DNA of 64,000 nucleotides from Plasmodiophora brassicae (lineage: Eukaryota): NCBI GenBank assembly GCA_036867785.1, contig CP145410.1, forward strand, positions 620,001-684,000. Reading direction: 5' to 3'. This document shows, one piece after another, positions 11,141-23,271 of this stretch; within the stretch, counting starts at the first letter, position 1; each line of letters starts with the position of its first letter. A model generated the notes under the pieces. The model worked only from the letters and a program-made list of their open reading frames with translations, ran no database searches and was not told the origin of the DNA. Position numbers and translations under genes: made by a program.

Positions 11141-11788
11141 ATGGATCGCCGCGACGTTGACGTCGTCCCGCTGCGGGACGTGACTGTCGCCCGCGACCTC
11201 AACCGCATCTTCCTGCCCGTACGATACGATGATAGGTTCTACGACGACGTCATGGCGTCTGGACTCAGGTCCGTCTGCGTTCCTTGCTGTCGGGTTGACA
11301 GTTGGTCATTGTTGCCATCGGTGCAGTTTCATTGGTTCGTGATCTGTGCACGATCGTCTGCTGCTGTCGTCTGCCATTGATGCTCTACGGTAGCGGCTGA
11401 TGGCGACGAGCCGATCGGGCTGGTCTGCTGCTCACTGGAATCGCCGACGCGTGTTTATATTGGCAGCCTGGGCGTCAAAGCGACGGTTCTGCTCGCGCTG
11501 GTTCTTCTGCGTTTCTGCTGATGTTGAAAGATGCTTGTGTAGTATCGAGGGCGGGGTCTGGCAACCCGATTAATAACGAGAGTCCTGGACGAAAGCGTCG
11601 AGATGAACGTCGAATCCATATACCTGCACGTGCAGGCGAACAACGACACGGCGCTCGACCTGTACGAACGTCTTGGGTTCATACGCGTTGGTAAGGTCGA
11701 CAACTACTACAAGCGAGTGAAACCGTCAACGGCGTTCATCCTGGAGAGGCGCCTTCACTCTGCCGTGCACAACGGGACCATCAATTGA
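11141..11788 (+). CDS. GNAT N-terminal acetyltransferase, NAA50/NAA60-like (multi-exon)
   Basis: LNRIFLPVRYDDRFY, YIGSLGV, YRGRGLA, IYLHVQANNDTALDLYERLGF...NYY. Confidence 0.85.
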
Positions 11789-11803
11789 GATCGACTTGTA
11801 TTA

Positions 11804-12271
11804 TTATTCACCCCATTCGCAGCGGTTGGCTGGCCCCAACGACACCATACCGTCGTTCTTGCAAAGGTAGTCGTCGTCGACCGCACACAAGGCGAACGCT
11901 TTCATCGATTCGGCTGAAGACGACCAGGTCCTTGTTCGCATCGTCACGACATGGTCATCGAACCGAACCTTCTTTCCTGACGATGACCACAGGAATCGTC
12001 GCAGGGCAAATCGTCTTCGTCGGCGCCGGGGACGATGCAGTAAGCATCCATGGATGGCCGTGTCTTCGCCATCTGCATCGGCTTCTGGTTGGGGCGACTC
12101 GTCTTCTGGGCGGAAGTGTTTCCCTACCAGACGCCTGAGGAACGATCGTTTGCGGTGCGCATCTGCGGCCGATGGCATATGACGACTCGCCTCAGGATCG
12201 ATATGGACATCGCAGCCACCATCGTCATCGTCACTGATAGTTCTCGTGTCCCCGGCACAGAAGCACCCCAT
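11804..12271 (-). CDS. Hypothetical protein with N-terminal MGCFC acylation-type motif and KKVRF motif
   Basis: Single ORF from the Met at 12271. MGCFCAG start. KKVRF matches the RVxF PP1-docking consensus. Confidence 0.45.
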   Translation of the reverse strand: MGCFCAGDTRTISDDDDGGCDVHIDPEASRHMPSAADAHRKRSFLRRLVGKHFRPEDESPQPEADADGEDTAIHGCLLHRPRRRRRRFALRRFLWSSSGKKVRFDDHVVTMRTRTWSSSAESMKAFALCAVDDDYLCKNDGMVSLGPANRCEWGE

Positions 12272-12636
12272 TAAATCCACCGTCGTAGGTCGCGACACGT
12301 GAATCGGGAAGACAATGGACGCGCGAGACGAGCACCGCCGCCCAACGTAATACTGTGCGTTGACAGACTTGAAGATGGTCGCTGGTCACAGGGTCGGCCC
12401 TATTATTAGTCGATCGCCTGTTTATCGTGCCTGCCAAGGTTCTCCTTCGCTATGGACGCTTGCCTCAATTGGCGTCCGACGTGGACGCCTTCGCAGAAAA
12501 ACTGGAAGCCCAGACGCGGTCGCCGTTACGTTTACCGCAGCGCGTCGACGGCAACTTGGGCACTCGCTGGCAGCGCACCTGTCAACCGGGTAATGCGCGA
12601 CACATTCAGGCAGTACGACGGTTTATGTACTCGGTC

Positions 12637-13901
12637 CTACTGCTTTGATGGATCGTAAACTTCCCATCGACAACAGGGGTAGGTGTGCTTGTTGCGTTCG
12701 TACCACGAACGAGTCATGACCTACACCGGCATTCGTAGTCATAAGCAAGAGCGTCACAAAGAGAACGCGACACTGAGCACATACTTTTCCGGCATGGCTA
12801 TCTTCCTTTTCAACGGTGGCATCAGAGATCAATCTGATGTCATCGTGTACATCAAAACGAAACAGCGGTCCACTTTTCCTACACAAAATCCAGTCAGAGT
12901 TCGGGCGATTGCAGCGACCTGCAGTTGACGACCCTCTGGCTTTGTTCAAAATCAGCTCGTAGAACGTGTAGTGATGCGGGACGATAACGTCCTACGTTTT
13001 CAGTCGACTGATTAAACAGAGCTTCGACGCCACATTCTCTCAACACAGACCTCCTTGACGTACATCAGATGTTCGCAGGTTAACCCTTTAAGAAGAGGAA
13101 ACTCCTTGCACAGTTGACGTCGGGCAACCTCGAGGAACTGCACTACGCCAGAAAGGTTGGTCTTCATGGATTACAGGTAAACATAACAAAATGACCTGAT
13201 CAATTCTGTCGCCCTTCTTGACGGTCAACGACTTGCGATTCCCGGTTCCGTCCCAATAGGAATATACAATCTCAAGCGATTCTTGTTTGATCTGTGTTCC
13301 GAGAGTCATTCGGTGATTCTGGAACATGATAAGCACGAACCTTCGCCTGCTGTTCATGCCACTCGCGTTCGAAACGTTGTCGAAGGGCCTTGTCGGACGC
13401 TTCACGATCCGCGTCTTTCAGGAACGAGGTATCCACAGTGGGGTCTTTGACAACTCGAACCTCTGAAATCTGCCCTGAGGCCAGCATTTACGGTACACAA
13501 CAAGCAGCAGACCTTCCGTATTGGTCTCTTCTTCACGGTCGGCATCGTCGTCGTCAAAGGAGAGCACATTCACTCTACGCCGTTTCTTCGACTCCTTTGC
13601 CTGCTTCAGCCTGCGCTTCTCTGCCTCGAGTCGCAGCTGATCGATCTGCGCCTTCTTCTGCCTGAACTCGCTCGCTGACAACAATCCGACCGTGTCCGTC
13701 TTGAACTGCGCTTCCAGCCCGGAACCTGGCCAACGTCAACGCCATGCTCCGTACTCACCAAGCCGTTCCCGTACTTTCATAGGTCTTGAACGCCGAGTCC
13801 AGCTTGCGCAGCTCCTCTTCCTTCTTCACCGCTGCCGCCTGCGCCGCGATTTTGTCGGCATCGTTCTTGCGCGTCTGAGCCAGCGTCGAACGACGATCCA
13901 T
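12637..13901 (-). CDS. FAM50A: XAP5/FAM50 family nuclear protein (multi-exon)
   Basis: [94 protein letters not shown]. Confidence 0.9.
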
Positions 13902-14049
13902 CCGGCTCCGCAAGAAACAATGCGCTGCCGCGGCTCCACCTCAACCAGGCGCCACCGGTTCACCACCTGCGGTAAGGTCGGGGCACGGCAAGTTCTGTTC
14001 CAGGACTCGTACTGAACCGCAACGGGTGTGTATTGCCGAGAGCCACTTA

Positions 14050-14346
14050 TTAGGCGGCTGCGTTCGATGCCTGAATGCAGGACTCCAGGGTCGTCGTCTT
14101 ATCAGTGCGTAGGTCGACATGGATGTCCGTGCAGATGCGGGCAACGCCAGATGCGAGGACCTTCTCGTGACATTGCTTGATGGCGTTCATGACGGCGTCG
14201 AACTCGCCGGTGATGTTCGTACCGCATGCATGCTCGAACGTTTCCAGTCCGAGGTCGTTCAGTAGTTGATGGCAACGCTTAACGTGCTCCCGCATGGACA
14301 GCGAACCGCCAATCGGCATGAGCCGGAAGTCAGCAATGACATGCAT
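14050..14346 (-). CDS. Thiamine-binding protein family (UPF0045/MTH1187/Ecm15-like)
   Basis: 98-aa ORF with IADFRLMPIG..S...V, HACGTNITGEFDAVMNAIKQCHE and RICTDIHVDLRTDK, typical of the family. Confidence 0.85.
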   Translation of the reverse strand: MHVIADFRLMPIGGSLSMREHVKRCHQLLNDLGLETFEHACGTNITGEFDAVMNAIKQCHEKVLASGVARICTDIHVDLRTDKTTTLESCIQASNAAA

Positions 14347-14871
14347 GGCGCCAGCGCAGTGTGTTCAACGGTTGCGTTCTGGGCTGTCAGTCGCCGGGAG
14401 TCCGCAATGAATAAAAGGGCCTCTTCATTCTTTTCGGGGCACCAGAATTCGTAGACGACAGTTTCCACAGGACCGGATCGGGACAACGTGATCCGGCTCG
14501 GGAGGACGAGACACGGCGGTACATAAGTGGGAGAAATTACACGACATGGAAGAAGCTGGCTCGGATCGGCAAGCACACGCGAGATCCGTTAACGGGGTCA
14601 CCTCTGGGTTGGCTGAGGTAGCCACTGGTCACGGAGAATGGCATATTCATGGACGTGATGGGCCCCGGATCGGGATGAGGCGGTTCGGATCGGGACAAGT
14701 AGAGTACCTACGTACCCTACCGGTAGATCGGTGGCGGTGCGTGCACCTGCAAGGTAAGTCATAAGGCGGCCCTGCTGTGCCATCAGTTGCGCGACGACGA
14801 CTACATGTCAACGCGTCATGATGCAGTGTGGCGCTCCCGCTCTGCACCAAGATGGAATTCGCATTCAGCAC

Positions 14872-15471
14872 ATGATTAGACCTTGCACCCTCGTCATTCT
14901 GATCCTAGTTGGCTTAGTATGTTCCTCAAGTTGCGGGCGCTACCGTTTCCAGCCCATTCGCGATACAGGCCGTGATCTTCTTCGGCAGCGTGTGCTTACT
15001 CGGTCGCTGTCAGAGGCTGAATTGGCGGTCGCCGAACGAAAACGCGAACTGATGACAGCCGTACTGGGGGAGCTTTCGTTAGTGAAGTCAGGTATCATGA
15101 GAGAGATCGCGTTGCTGGAGGGCATCCTTAAGAAGGGCATTTCGGGGAATTACTCCTGTCTGGAATTTGACCAGATTGATGGCCCCTTGTTCGATTGCTT
15201 TTTCGAATTTTCCCAACAAATCCTCCCGTTGCTCCCCAACATGCTATCGAACGCGCGGTCTTGTCCAGACGTCACGATTCGAACAGTCGCATCCCGTTTG
15301 TCCAACAAGCTTCAAACAAGTTTTGACGTCTGGAGAGATTTCATGGACGCCGGTCAATGCGACGACTACCTGATACGCCGGCTGATAGACCTGCTGGCAT
15401 CAAACCGGCGCGCCCTGAACGTTGTGATTCAGGCCATGCATGACTATCGGCCACATTCTGCAGGGTATTAA
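14872..15471 (+). CDS. Secreted protein of unknown function, paralog 1 of a tandem pair
   Basis: Signal peptide MIRPCTLVILILVGLVCSSSC. Intronless. Aligns end to end with 15691-16302. Confidence 0.75.
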   Translation: MIRPCTLVILILVGLVCSSSCGRYRFQPIRDTGRDLLRQRVLTRSLSEAELAVAERKRELMTAVLGELSLVKSGIMREIALLEGILKKGISGNYSCLEFDQIDGPLFDCFFEFSQQILPLLPNMLSNARSCPDVTIRTVASRLSNKLQTSFDVWRDFMDAGQCDDYLIRRLIDLLASNRRALNVVIQAMHDYRPHSAGY

Positions 15472-15690
15472 TTTCAACGTAGTAAACGGCTATGATAATC
15501 CGCCTAGTCGCGTACCGTGCTCTAGAAGGAGGGTGATACTCGGGTGAACATTTCGTATTTGCCAATCCCTTGCTAAGCAATGCTATTGTTAGCGTTTGGT
15601 TTTGTGGGTGAAATCATGTGGCACGATGTCGGCAGGCAGATCAAATTTGGGCCACACTGTTTTCAAGCGCCTGGTATCCGTATGCCTATA

Positions 15691-16302
15691 ATGGCTGGGC
15701 AGTACGCGTCCGCGTTCGTGCTCAGCTTTCTGGCCGGCTCGGCATGCATAGCATACGGCACACCTGACAGACCCTTCCATATTCGCGATACAGATCGTGA
15801 TCGTCTTCGTCAGTACGTACTTACTCGATCTGCGACAGATGCTTTCGCAGTCATCGAGCGCAAGCGTCACGTAACAGCGGCCATCCTTGAGGAGTTCTCA
15901 GCAATCAGATCAACTACCATTAAAGAGGTCGCATTACTGGACGGCATCCTCAAGACAAACATCTTCATGGGGAACCGCTCCTGTCTAGACTTCGACGAGA
16001 CGAACCCTGTACTGTTCGATGCCTTCTTTGATTTCTTCCATGAGACCGTCCCCCTGCTTCCCGGCATGCTGCCTGACACATCCGCGTGCCAATCACCATC
16101 AATCCTAAAGGTCGCCGCCTTCCTCTCCGACAAGCTCCAAGGCAGCTTTGATCTCTGGAACGACTTCATGGACGCCGCCGAATGTGACCATGCCATGCAA
16201 CGCCGCCTGGCCACCATGCTGTCCACCGATCACCGAGCGCTGCACATCATACGACAAGCCTTGTACGATTATCGGTCTACCTATCCAGGAACCGGTATCT
16301 AG
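15691..16302 (+). CDS. Secreted protein of unknown function, paralog 2 of a tandem pair
   Basis: Signal peptide MAGQYASAFVLSFLAGSACIAYG. Shares IRDT.RD.LRQ.VLTRS, ERKR, E.ALL.GILK, GN.SCL.FD, LPLLP.ML and KLQ.SFD.W.DFMDA..CD with paralog 1. Confidence 0.75.
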   Translation: MAGQYASAFVLSFLAGSACIAYGTPDRPFHIRDTDRDRLRQYVLTRSATDAFAVIERKRHVTAAILEEFSAIRSTTIKEVALLDGILKTNIFMGNRSCLDFDETNPVLFDAFFDFFHETVPLLPGMLPDTSACQSPSILKVAAFLSDKLQGSFDLWNDFMDAAECDHAMQRRLATMLSTDHRALHIIRQALYDYRSTYPGTGI

Positions 16303-16315
16303 CACACACAATAAA

Positions 16316-17642
16316 ATGGCATTACTGACGTCCAGGGTGCACAGCCAGCCTGGCCGCGGGTTCGATTCGTGGCCATTGCCACCCAAAGGCCGAACCGTGG
16401 TGGGATCGCCGGCCACCGCCCACCACTCGCGCAACGTCAGGTCCGTGAACGATGGCAATCCCAGCTGGCCTTCGGGAGGCCTTGGCCGAGATCATGCGAC
16501 GTAACCAGATCGGCATACCCGAGCTGGCCAGGCAGGCGGGCGTGCTGCCGGCCCAGCTGGCACAGTTTCTGCAAGGATCGCTGCCAGTTCGTCTCCTGTC
16601 GTACCATGTTGCCGGTGCCCTGTCCTGATTCCGCCGCGAATTGACAGGAAGACGTCCAGCAGCAGATTGCGACGCGCCTGCAGGAATGGATGCAGGTTCT
16701 GCAGCAGCGGCAGCAGGCGATGCGCGCGGGGCAAGCGATGCAACATGTTAAGCAGGCGGGACACGGTGGGATGAGTCCGAAATTGAAGACGCAGGCAGAA
16801 TCGAAGCTAGTCGCTGCGCCTGCACCCGAGAACGACGAGGTGACTCGGTTCGCCGCTAGGCTGGCGTCGATGCGTCGACGGAATGTGTTTTGCCCGATCC
16901 GTATCGACGAGACGTTCAAGACGACCCGATATCAGGACGAGTTCATCTGGAACCTCAACAATGCCGGGCTGACGCCAGACACGTTTGCGACATTGCTACT
17001 TAAGGATGTCGGTCTGCCTGATACGGCATTCAAGGAGCCAATCCGGAAGTCAGTTTCGCTAGGAAATTGCCAATCTCTAATGGTTACTGACGTTTCGCGC
17101 GCCTTCTACAGGTCCATTCTTCGCCAGATCGCTGAGTTTCAGGCGGTTATGCAGGTCGATCCGAAATTGGCTCTGGAAGATTCCAAGAAAGGCCTTCTTG
17201 TTCTTGACGTACGTGTTGTGTTTCGGGTTCTCGTTTGACTGCGCTGACGCGTCTGCTCAGCTGGATATGTTACTTAACGGATATCGCCTTGTTGACACGT
17301 TGTACTGGGATCCATACAGCATGATTGATTCTGGTTTGTGCATCTCTACTGGCTGTGCCGTCATGCAAGCTGATTCCCTGTGCAGTAGAGGAGTTTTCGG
17401 AATCGATGTGCACCGACTTGGGGCTAGGAGGCGAATGGGCTGCCAAGGTTGCCTTCGAAATCAGATGGAAGCTTCTCCAGCATCGAAAAGTAACTGGAGT
17501 CCGGGATGCTCTCGTGCACGCTCGACTGATTCCCACCGCAGGCTATTCATACCAAGAGGGAAAGTCCTCTGAAACGACATCCCTATCCGACCGACGTGTT
17601 GAATTTCGTCACGATAGACAAGGCATACCAGATGTGCAATAA
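16316..17642 (+). CDS. SNF5/SMARCB1-domain chromatin-remodelling subunit (multi-exon; both ends approximate)
   Basis: Repeat 1: CPIRID..YQDEFIWNLNNAGLTPDTFATLLLKDVGLP...I.RQI. Repeat 2: LDMLLNGYRLVDTLYWD...EEFSESMCTDLGLGGEW..KVAFEIR. Confidence 0.8.
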
Positions 17643-17784
17643 GGATATGATTCAGGCGGTTGGTCCATAAATGCGACATAATCTATTGGCAAATGCGTCT
17701 CCAATTAGTTAACGGGCGCGGAATGCACTGAACTCTGAACAATATAAAGCGAATAGTATTGAAACTAATGTGAGGACGCAACGA

Positions 17785-18721
17785 CTAGGGTTGCTGAGGA
17801 TTCGGTTCCGGTTGCACGGGTGGCGGTTGGTGGATGGTGTCAGCGCGACGAGGCGATGAAGCAGGTAGAAACGTGCTGACCAGAGACGCGACCCCTGACC
17901 ATGCTAACGCTGCTGCGGTTCTTGTGTGTTGAAGGATTTGATCGGGGACCGTCGCATACGTGCTGAATTCTTGCAACCTTCTGTCGAGGAACGCCCACGT
18001 GTCGGCATAGTCTTGTGACCGGTCTTGCAGCATGAAGAGCTCCGTCGCTATCCCCCAGTTAGAAACCTGGGGTAGACATGCGAGCCATGCTGAACAACTC
18101 ACAAACATAGACCGCGCCAATACCCGCTCGCATTGCATACCAGTCCACGTTGACCGTCTGCAATTTTCCGCTCAATCGCAGACTACCGAAAGCAATTCCT
18201 GAAGCGAACCTCGTCGAAAGCGAGATGGGCAATGTCATCAACCAGGCAGGCGAGATTCTGCGATGTCTGGATTGCGTTATGTGGCATGGCACCCAGTGCC
18301 ATTGCTTCCGCCCATCGGTTGACATAAGGGATGATGCCTTCAAGGCGCGTCCTAATAGCCAATCGCAGGACGTCAAGCTTCGAAGACCTGCAACACGGGC
18401 TTAGAATCGTCGTCGCGTTCCGCCATGCACTACAGGCACGAACGTCGCTGGATCACAGTTCGTTTTGACGACGTCGACCATTTGGTTCCGTGCCGCTTCC
18501 ATGACGTGCTCGACGAGCTCGATCGCCCCTCGCGTGCACATCCCGTGTGCCATCGGCGACATGCCCAGCCCGACGGCACCGGCGCTCAGAGCCGACGTCG
18601 TAAACCCTAGCCTCGGCACGTACTTCACCGATTCCTCCAGCAATCGTCGGACGGCAGCGGTGTCGCCAGCAGCGAACGACGTCGTCGACAGGCGCCGACA
18701 CGACATGCGAACGGCCCACAT
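17785..18721 (-). CDS. COQ9: Ubiquinone biosynthesis protein COQ9, mitochondrial (multi-exon)
   Basis: Transit-like N-terminus, GLGMSP.AHGM, DWYAMRAGIGAVY, TELFMLQDRSQDYADTWAFLDRRL. Confidence 0.88.
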
Positions 18722-18896
18722 TGGCGATACGTGACTCTCCCTCTCTCTCGGCCTGCCCCAACACGGACCCCGCTACAACAGTGAGCTGCGCGCCTGCGCC
18801 GACCCGACTGACGCGACGGGCTCGGGGACGGGCACCTCTGTATTAGACAGCAACAGTTTCCTCACTCAACACAGCAATCAGTGCCATTGCGGTTTG

Positions 18897-19283
18897 TCAT
18901 TGTTGAGGTTCTCCGGGATCGTCAGTGGCACATACTGGAAATCGCTGCGGAACTCGACGCCTTGTCCGAATGTCTTGTGGGACGGCGCGTGCACATGTCA
19001 GTGAAGGCAAAGTGACCGATAGACGCCCTGCTACCTTGCCGCCTTTGCCGGCGGGTTTCCAGGATTTCAGAGTCGATGGTGGATCGAATGGGACAGGTTT
19101 CGCTGGGAAGTCGAAGTCGCTCAAGGTGATGAACGTGGAAAACGTGTTGCCGACCTGAGAACCGGGAGGCCTCCATTGCTGTTTCTCGTACCTCCCTGGG
19201 TGCTTGCGCTGTCGCTCAACCACCGTCGGCTGCGTATACACGCATCCTGACTTCGTCGCCACCCGCTGTCGCTTTGTCTCCAT
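18897..19283 (-). CDS. Small hypothetical protein (Pro/Lys-rich, repeated W.P.G motifs, possibly cilia-associated)
   Basis: ORF from the Met at 19283 with QWRPPGSQ and SWKPAGKG. The 3' end is probably spliced. Confidence 0.4.
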   Translation of the reverse strand: METKRQRVATKSGCVYTQPTVVERQRKHPGRYEKQQWRPPGSQVGNTFSTFITLSDFDFPAKPVPFDPPSTLKSWKPAGKGGKVAGRLSVTLPSLTCARAVPQDIRTRRRVPQRFPVCATDDPGEPQQ

Positions 19284-19479
19284 GGCCACTACCAGGTGCG
19301 TACGGGTACCCTTGAGAACGCGATCGGCGGCTTTAATGCACATTTCCGTAACGTAGTTGGCAACGCTTTGATCAGTTGCAATTTGACATCGCTCAGGGAA
19401 CCGCGAGGAACGGTCCGTCGAGAGTTACCAGGAACATACATAGCGATACAGACCACTAATCATAATACGCACTTCGGGG

Positions 19480-20388
19480 ATGACAACGGCGCCTCATTCG
19501 ACGGCATCATCGTTGTTGTTCAAGGCGTCGACAAACGATCTGGCTGAGGATACAGCACGAGTCGACCGCGGAATGGCACTAGTCACTCCCACTGAGAGGC
19601 GGGAGATTATGGGATATGCGAGGGAAGACGACAGGTTGCGGGCGCTGCTCGGTCGACTTCTGATTCGGAGAGCGGTGTCCGAGCTTGTCCAGTGCGACCA
19701 CCGTCTGCTGGAGCTGCGGCGAACTGGGCTTGGCAAACCTGTCCTGGTGCATCCAGTAGCCCCAGGTAGGTGCAGCAATGCGACGTTGATATCGTTCGCT
19801 AATGTACACAGTGACGTTTAGCATATCGCATCATAACCATTGGGTGATCATAGTGGCCTCGACAGCGTTCGCTGTCGGTTGCGATATCGTCAGCCAACAC
19901 CAGTCGAAAGAAGCGTATGCACGTATTGCCGCTGTATGTCTCTCTCCTGACGAGTCAATGATGTACATAACCGGGGACGACACGTATCCTGTATCGATCA
20001 TCTGGGCACTCAAAGAATCGTATCTGAAGGCGATAGGTGTCGGTTTGCAAATGGATATGCAGGTCGGCTACCAGTCGTCAACCGTTGATAGTCTCCCTAA
20101 CAATCATATCAACAGAGGCTACAGTTCGTTATGGAAAATCACCAGGTTCCAGTGGTTCGTTCCCACTTTCTGGAGACGTTGAGCCAGCTGCAATTCTTTG
20201 TAGACAACGTCCTGATCACAGACTGGGACTTTCGGATTTGTCGCATTGATGACACCCACCTTGCTACGGCCGTGTTTAGCCCACCACTTACTCGTGCCGC
20301 TGGAATGCCGAACGCTGACACGCTTTCGTTCACGATGCTCTCGTCCGATGCCCTTCTGACCTATCTCGCTTCTGGGTCGGTGCCCTAG
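19480..20388 (+). CDS. Sfp-type 4'-phosphopantetheinyl transferase (AASDHPPT/Lys5-like, multi-exon)
   Basis: D.LRALLGRLLIR, RTGLGKP, FSISHH..WV, VGCDIV, WALKESYLKAIGVGL. Confidence 0.9.
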
Positions 20389-20497
20389 CGCCTGAACCTC
20401 GAGGCATTGGCCGCATTACTTGTTGACAAACGTCGCCGCAGTCCTACGTACAGCAATGTATATTACGAAATAATCACAACGATATCAGCGACTTTCG

Positions 20498-22223
20498 TCA
20501 CTCGTCGTCGTCGTCCTCCCCCTCCTTTTTTCGCGCGGCGTACCTTTCCATTCTAATGCTTGCGACGTCGGCAGCGTACTCTGTGGGATCTGGGATGTCA
20601 TCAGAACGGGTCGATAACGGCGGAAGCACTTGCTTCAGGATCTAAAGCCCCGCGTTAGCGCCCGGATTCTGTTCGGCACATGAACTGCTCTGTGACCTCG
20701 ATTTGTTTCGGCGTGAAAGAATTGTCGCGAGGGAACTCAATTTCGAGAAGCACGAATAGCGTTCCACGCAGCAATGGGGAGCCTTTTCTTGGCATACCCT
20801 AGAAGGTAGTAAGTACCTCGGTGAGCACCCACTTGTAATTCGTTAAATGTACCACTAACTTCTCCGCTAACAGCGAGCATGCTCTGTGTGTTATATACAA
20901 GACACGGTTCACCCTTGACTTTGACCCAACGATCGTCAAGGTGTTTGATGAAGACAGTAATGCCTGAAACGTCCTTGGCACAAACGTTACAGATTCGCAC
21001 CGACAATAATTACCTGTTAGAGCCTCAAGTAGGGATATCTTCGCGACGACGGCAAGGTCGTCCCGCGTTCTCTTGAATCGTGCATGAGGTTTCTGTTGAA
21101 GGACCACGATGAGGTCTGCTGCACTATGTCCCGGTAACTAGCGCAGAGGCTGCTTTTCAGTAACCACCATTGAATACTCATTATACCATTATAGACTCAC
21201 TTGGTCACCAACAGCCTCGATCACGATTTCATCGCCCTCACGACTCCCAGGTGCTATATCGATGACGAAGTTGTTCTTCTCTGGCGTCATCCGATGGCCC
21301 TTGCAGGCAAGGCATTTTTGGTCATGAGCAATCATGATCCCCATGCCGTCGCAAGTTGGACAGATCATCTGCTTCTGCTCATATTGCACAACGGCCCCGG
21401 GCACGTCACTGGGGACACGACGCTGCGTAACACGCTGACCGACCTGACATACGCATGAGTTTAGAATGATACCAGGTCGATACCATTATGTACCCCGTCG
21501 CATGTCAGACACTCGCGTTGCTCGAAGCCAGGCTGGCAGCCAGTTGCATTGCAAGCCAGACATGGAATCTGCCGTTTCATAGTGATTCTCTTCGAGGTGC
21601 CGTTAAACATTTCCTCCAACGTCACACCGAAGTGCATCGTCAGCGAAGGGCCTGCGTGAACAATATTTAGATTGGGACAGTACTACTGCTAGGCAGCCTG
21701 GTACTTTTTGGAAGACCCGTTGGCTCACTAGCTTTCGTGGTGCGCTGCGCCCCTCTGCGAAACAGATTGAACAAGCTGAACTGTGTCGGGCCCGCTGTTG
21801 GCTTGCGATGTTCAGTTGGAGCAGCACGACCCTTCCAGATGAGCGTAAGCAATTCTAATTTGCCCAGTGAACGCCGGACGCGACGGCTTACCAATGCCCC
21901 GAAACGATCATAGATCTTGCGCTTGATTGGGTCGCTCAGTGTCTACAGTCGGGAACAAACGTCACACGTCGCACTGTGGCGCCTATATCTGGTAAGTACC
22001 TCGTAGGCGTGTCGAACTTTCTTGAAGTGTTCGGCGTCGCCGCCTTTGTCGGGGTGGTGTTTCAGTGCCATCTGCTTCCATCCCGCCGCTGCCGGATCGC
22101 CCCACTCAGGATCCCGATAAACCCACCACCCTTCTCCCAGCCGAGGCCCGTACCAATACTTTCAGGGGGTGCACCGGGCTGAACACCCAGCAAACCGTAC
22201 AGACATGTACTGTCGCGGGTCAT
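20498..22223 (-). CDS. Type I DnaJ (DNAJA-like) co-chaperone, many small exons
   Basis: J domain LYGLLGV...KHHPDKGGD.EHFKKV..AYE / LSDPIKRKIYDRFG. CxxCxGxG zinc repeats (CPTCDGMG, CLACKGH). QKPHARFKRTRDDL...ISLLEALTG. Confidence 0.85.
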
Positions 22224-22523
22224 GATGCGACGACGCCGCCGTCGATGACAGTGACCCGCCAAAATGTCGATTCTTGTCACACCTGAAGGGGTACCCCCAG
22301 ACCTGCCCCGGCCGTAGAGGCGCCCGCCCCCACAAAAGCGCGTACTGCCTGACAGGTCAGCACAGCCGAGAGGTCCCTAACGCGCCCGGTGCCTGTCTGC
22401 ACTGCCATACTCGTGAACAGATTTGGATCGGCGCAAGGGATTCCGCAATCCAAGGTTGTTTATAAGGCGCACGGGGTCCAGGCGATTATTAATTGGGAGG
22501 GGCGGTGGGACCTGCCTGTCGAA

Positions 22524-22950
22524 TCAGGCCTTTTCTTCCGCGGGCGATGGGTTCTGGATGACAATCATCAGGAAGTCCTTGTCGGGTGCGACCATGATCT
22601 CGTGCTTGACGGAGCGAATACGCATGAACGTCAGGTCGTTCTGAGGCACATTCTGTCATGGCGTCCGGTCATATGGCGCGCTGCGCGATGCGGTACCTGA
22701 GGATCCAGATCGCGAATCACGCTGCGTGCTTTGGCCGCTAACTGCGACAGCTGCGCGGAGTACTCCCTTGTCATCTCCTCGTCCATGCCCTTCGACGGAC
22801 GGATCGGGACGCCATCGCTGTTGACCACGATGACGCCTTCGACCCCGGGCCGGTTCTTGATCCGCTCCAGCGTCTCCTCGATTTCTGACGACGACTACGC
22901 CACGTCATGCCCATCCCCCATCTGCAGCATAGCACCGGCTCCCTCACCAT
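22524..22950 (-). CDS. DYNLRB: Dynein light chain, roadblock type (3 exons; first exon appears to be the ATG only)
   Basis: [29 protein letters not shown]...[12 protein letters not shown] / [31 protein letters not shown]. The ATG at 22950-22948 is followed directly by a GT intron. Confidence 0.92.
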
Positions 22951-23271
22951 TGTTCAACGCGCGCCAACGACTGCCTCCACTGTGACGAATGACGTGAAGC
23001 CTGAGGGCTGCGATCAGTCCCGAGTTGCGAGACCCGGCTTCGTCCCCTTCTAGACACCAAACGCTGCATCCGGTGATGAGCCCACCAACAGGCCCAGCAC
23101 TCTCGACGACGCAGAGCAGCCTGGGACCCTTGGAGGGGATCAGCAAGCCATCGAAGAATGATGGCGAATGGTCGAATATTCGGCAGCGCCCGAGAGCAGC
23201 ATTTTGGCGCAGCCTCTGCCATTGTCGATCATCGTCGTTATCGGGCGGATCCCCAGACGCATCCGCCGGGG

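Noticed and set aside
14347-14870. TPP riboswitch upstream of the thiamine-binding-family gene
   Set aside because: I could not find the conserved CTGAGA and CCTGAT core elements in the right arrangement.
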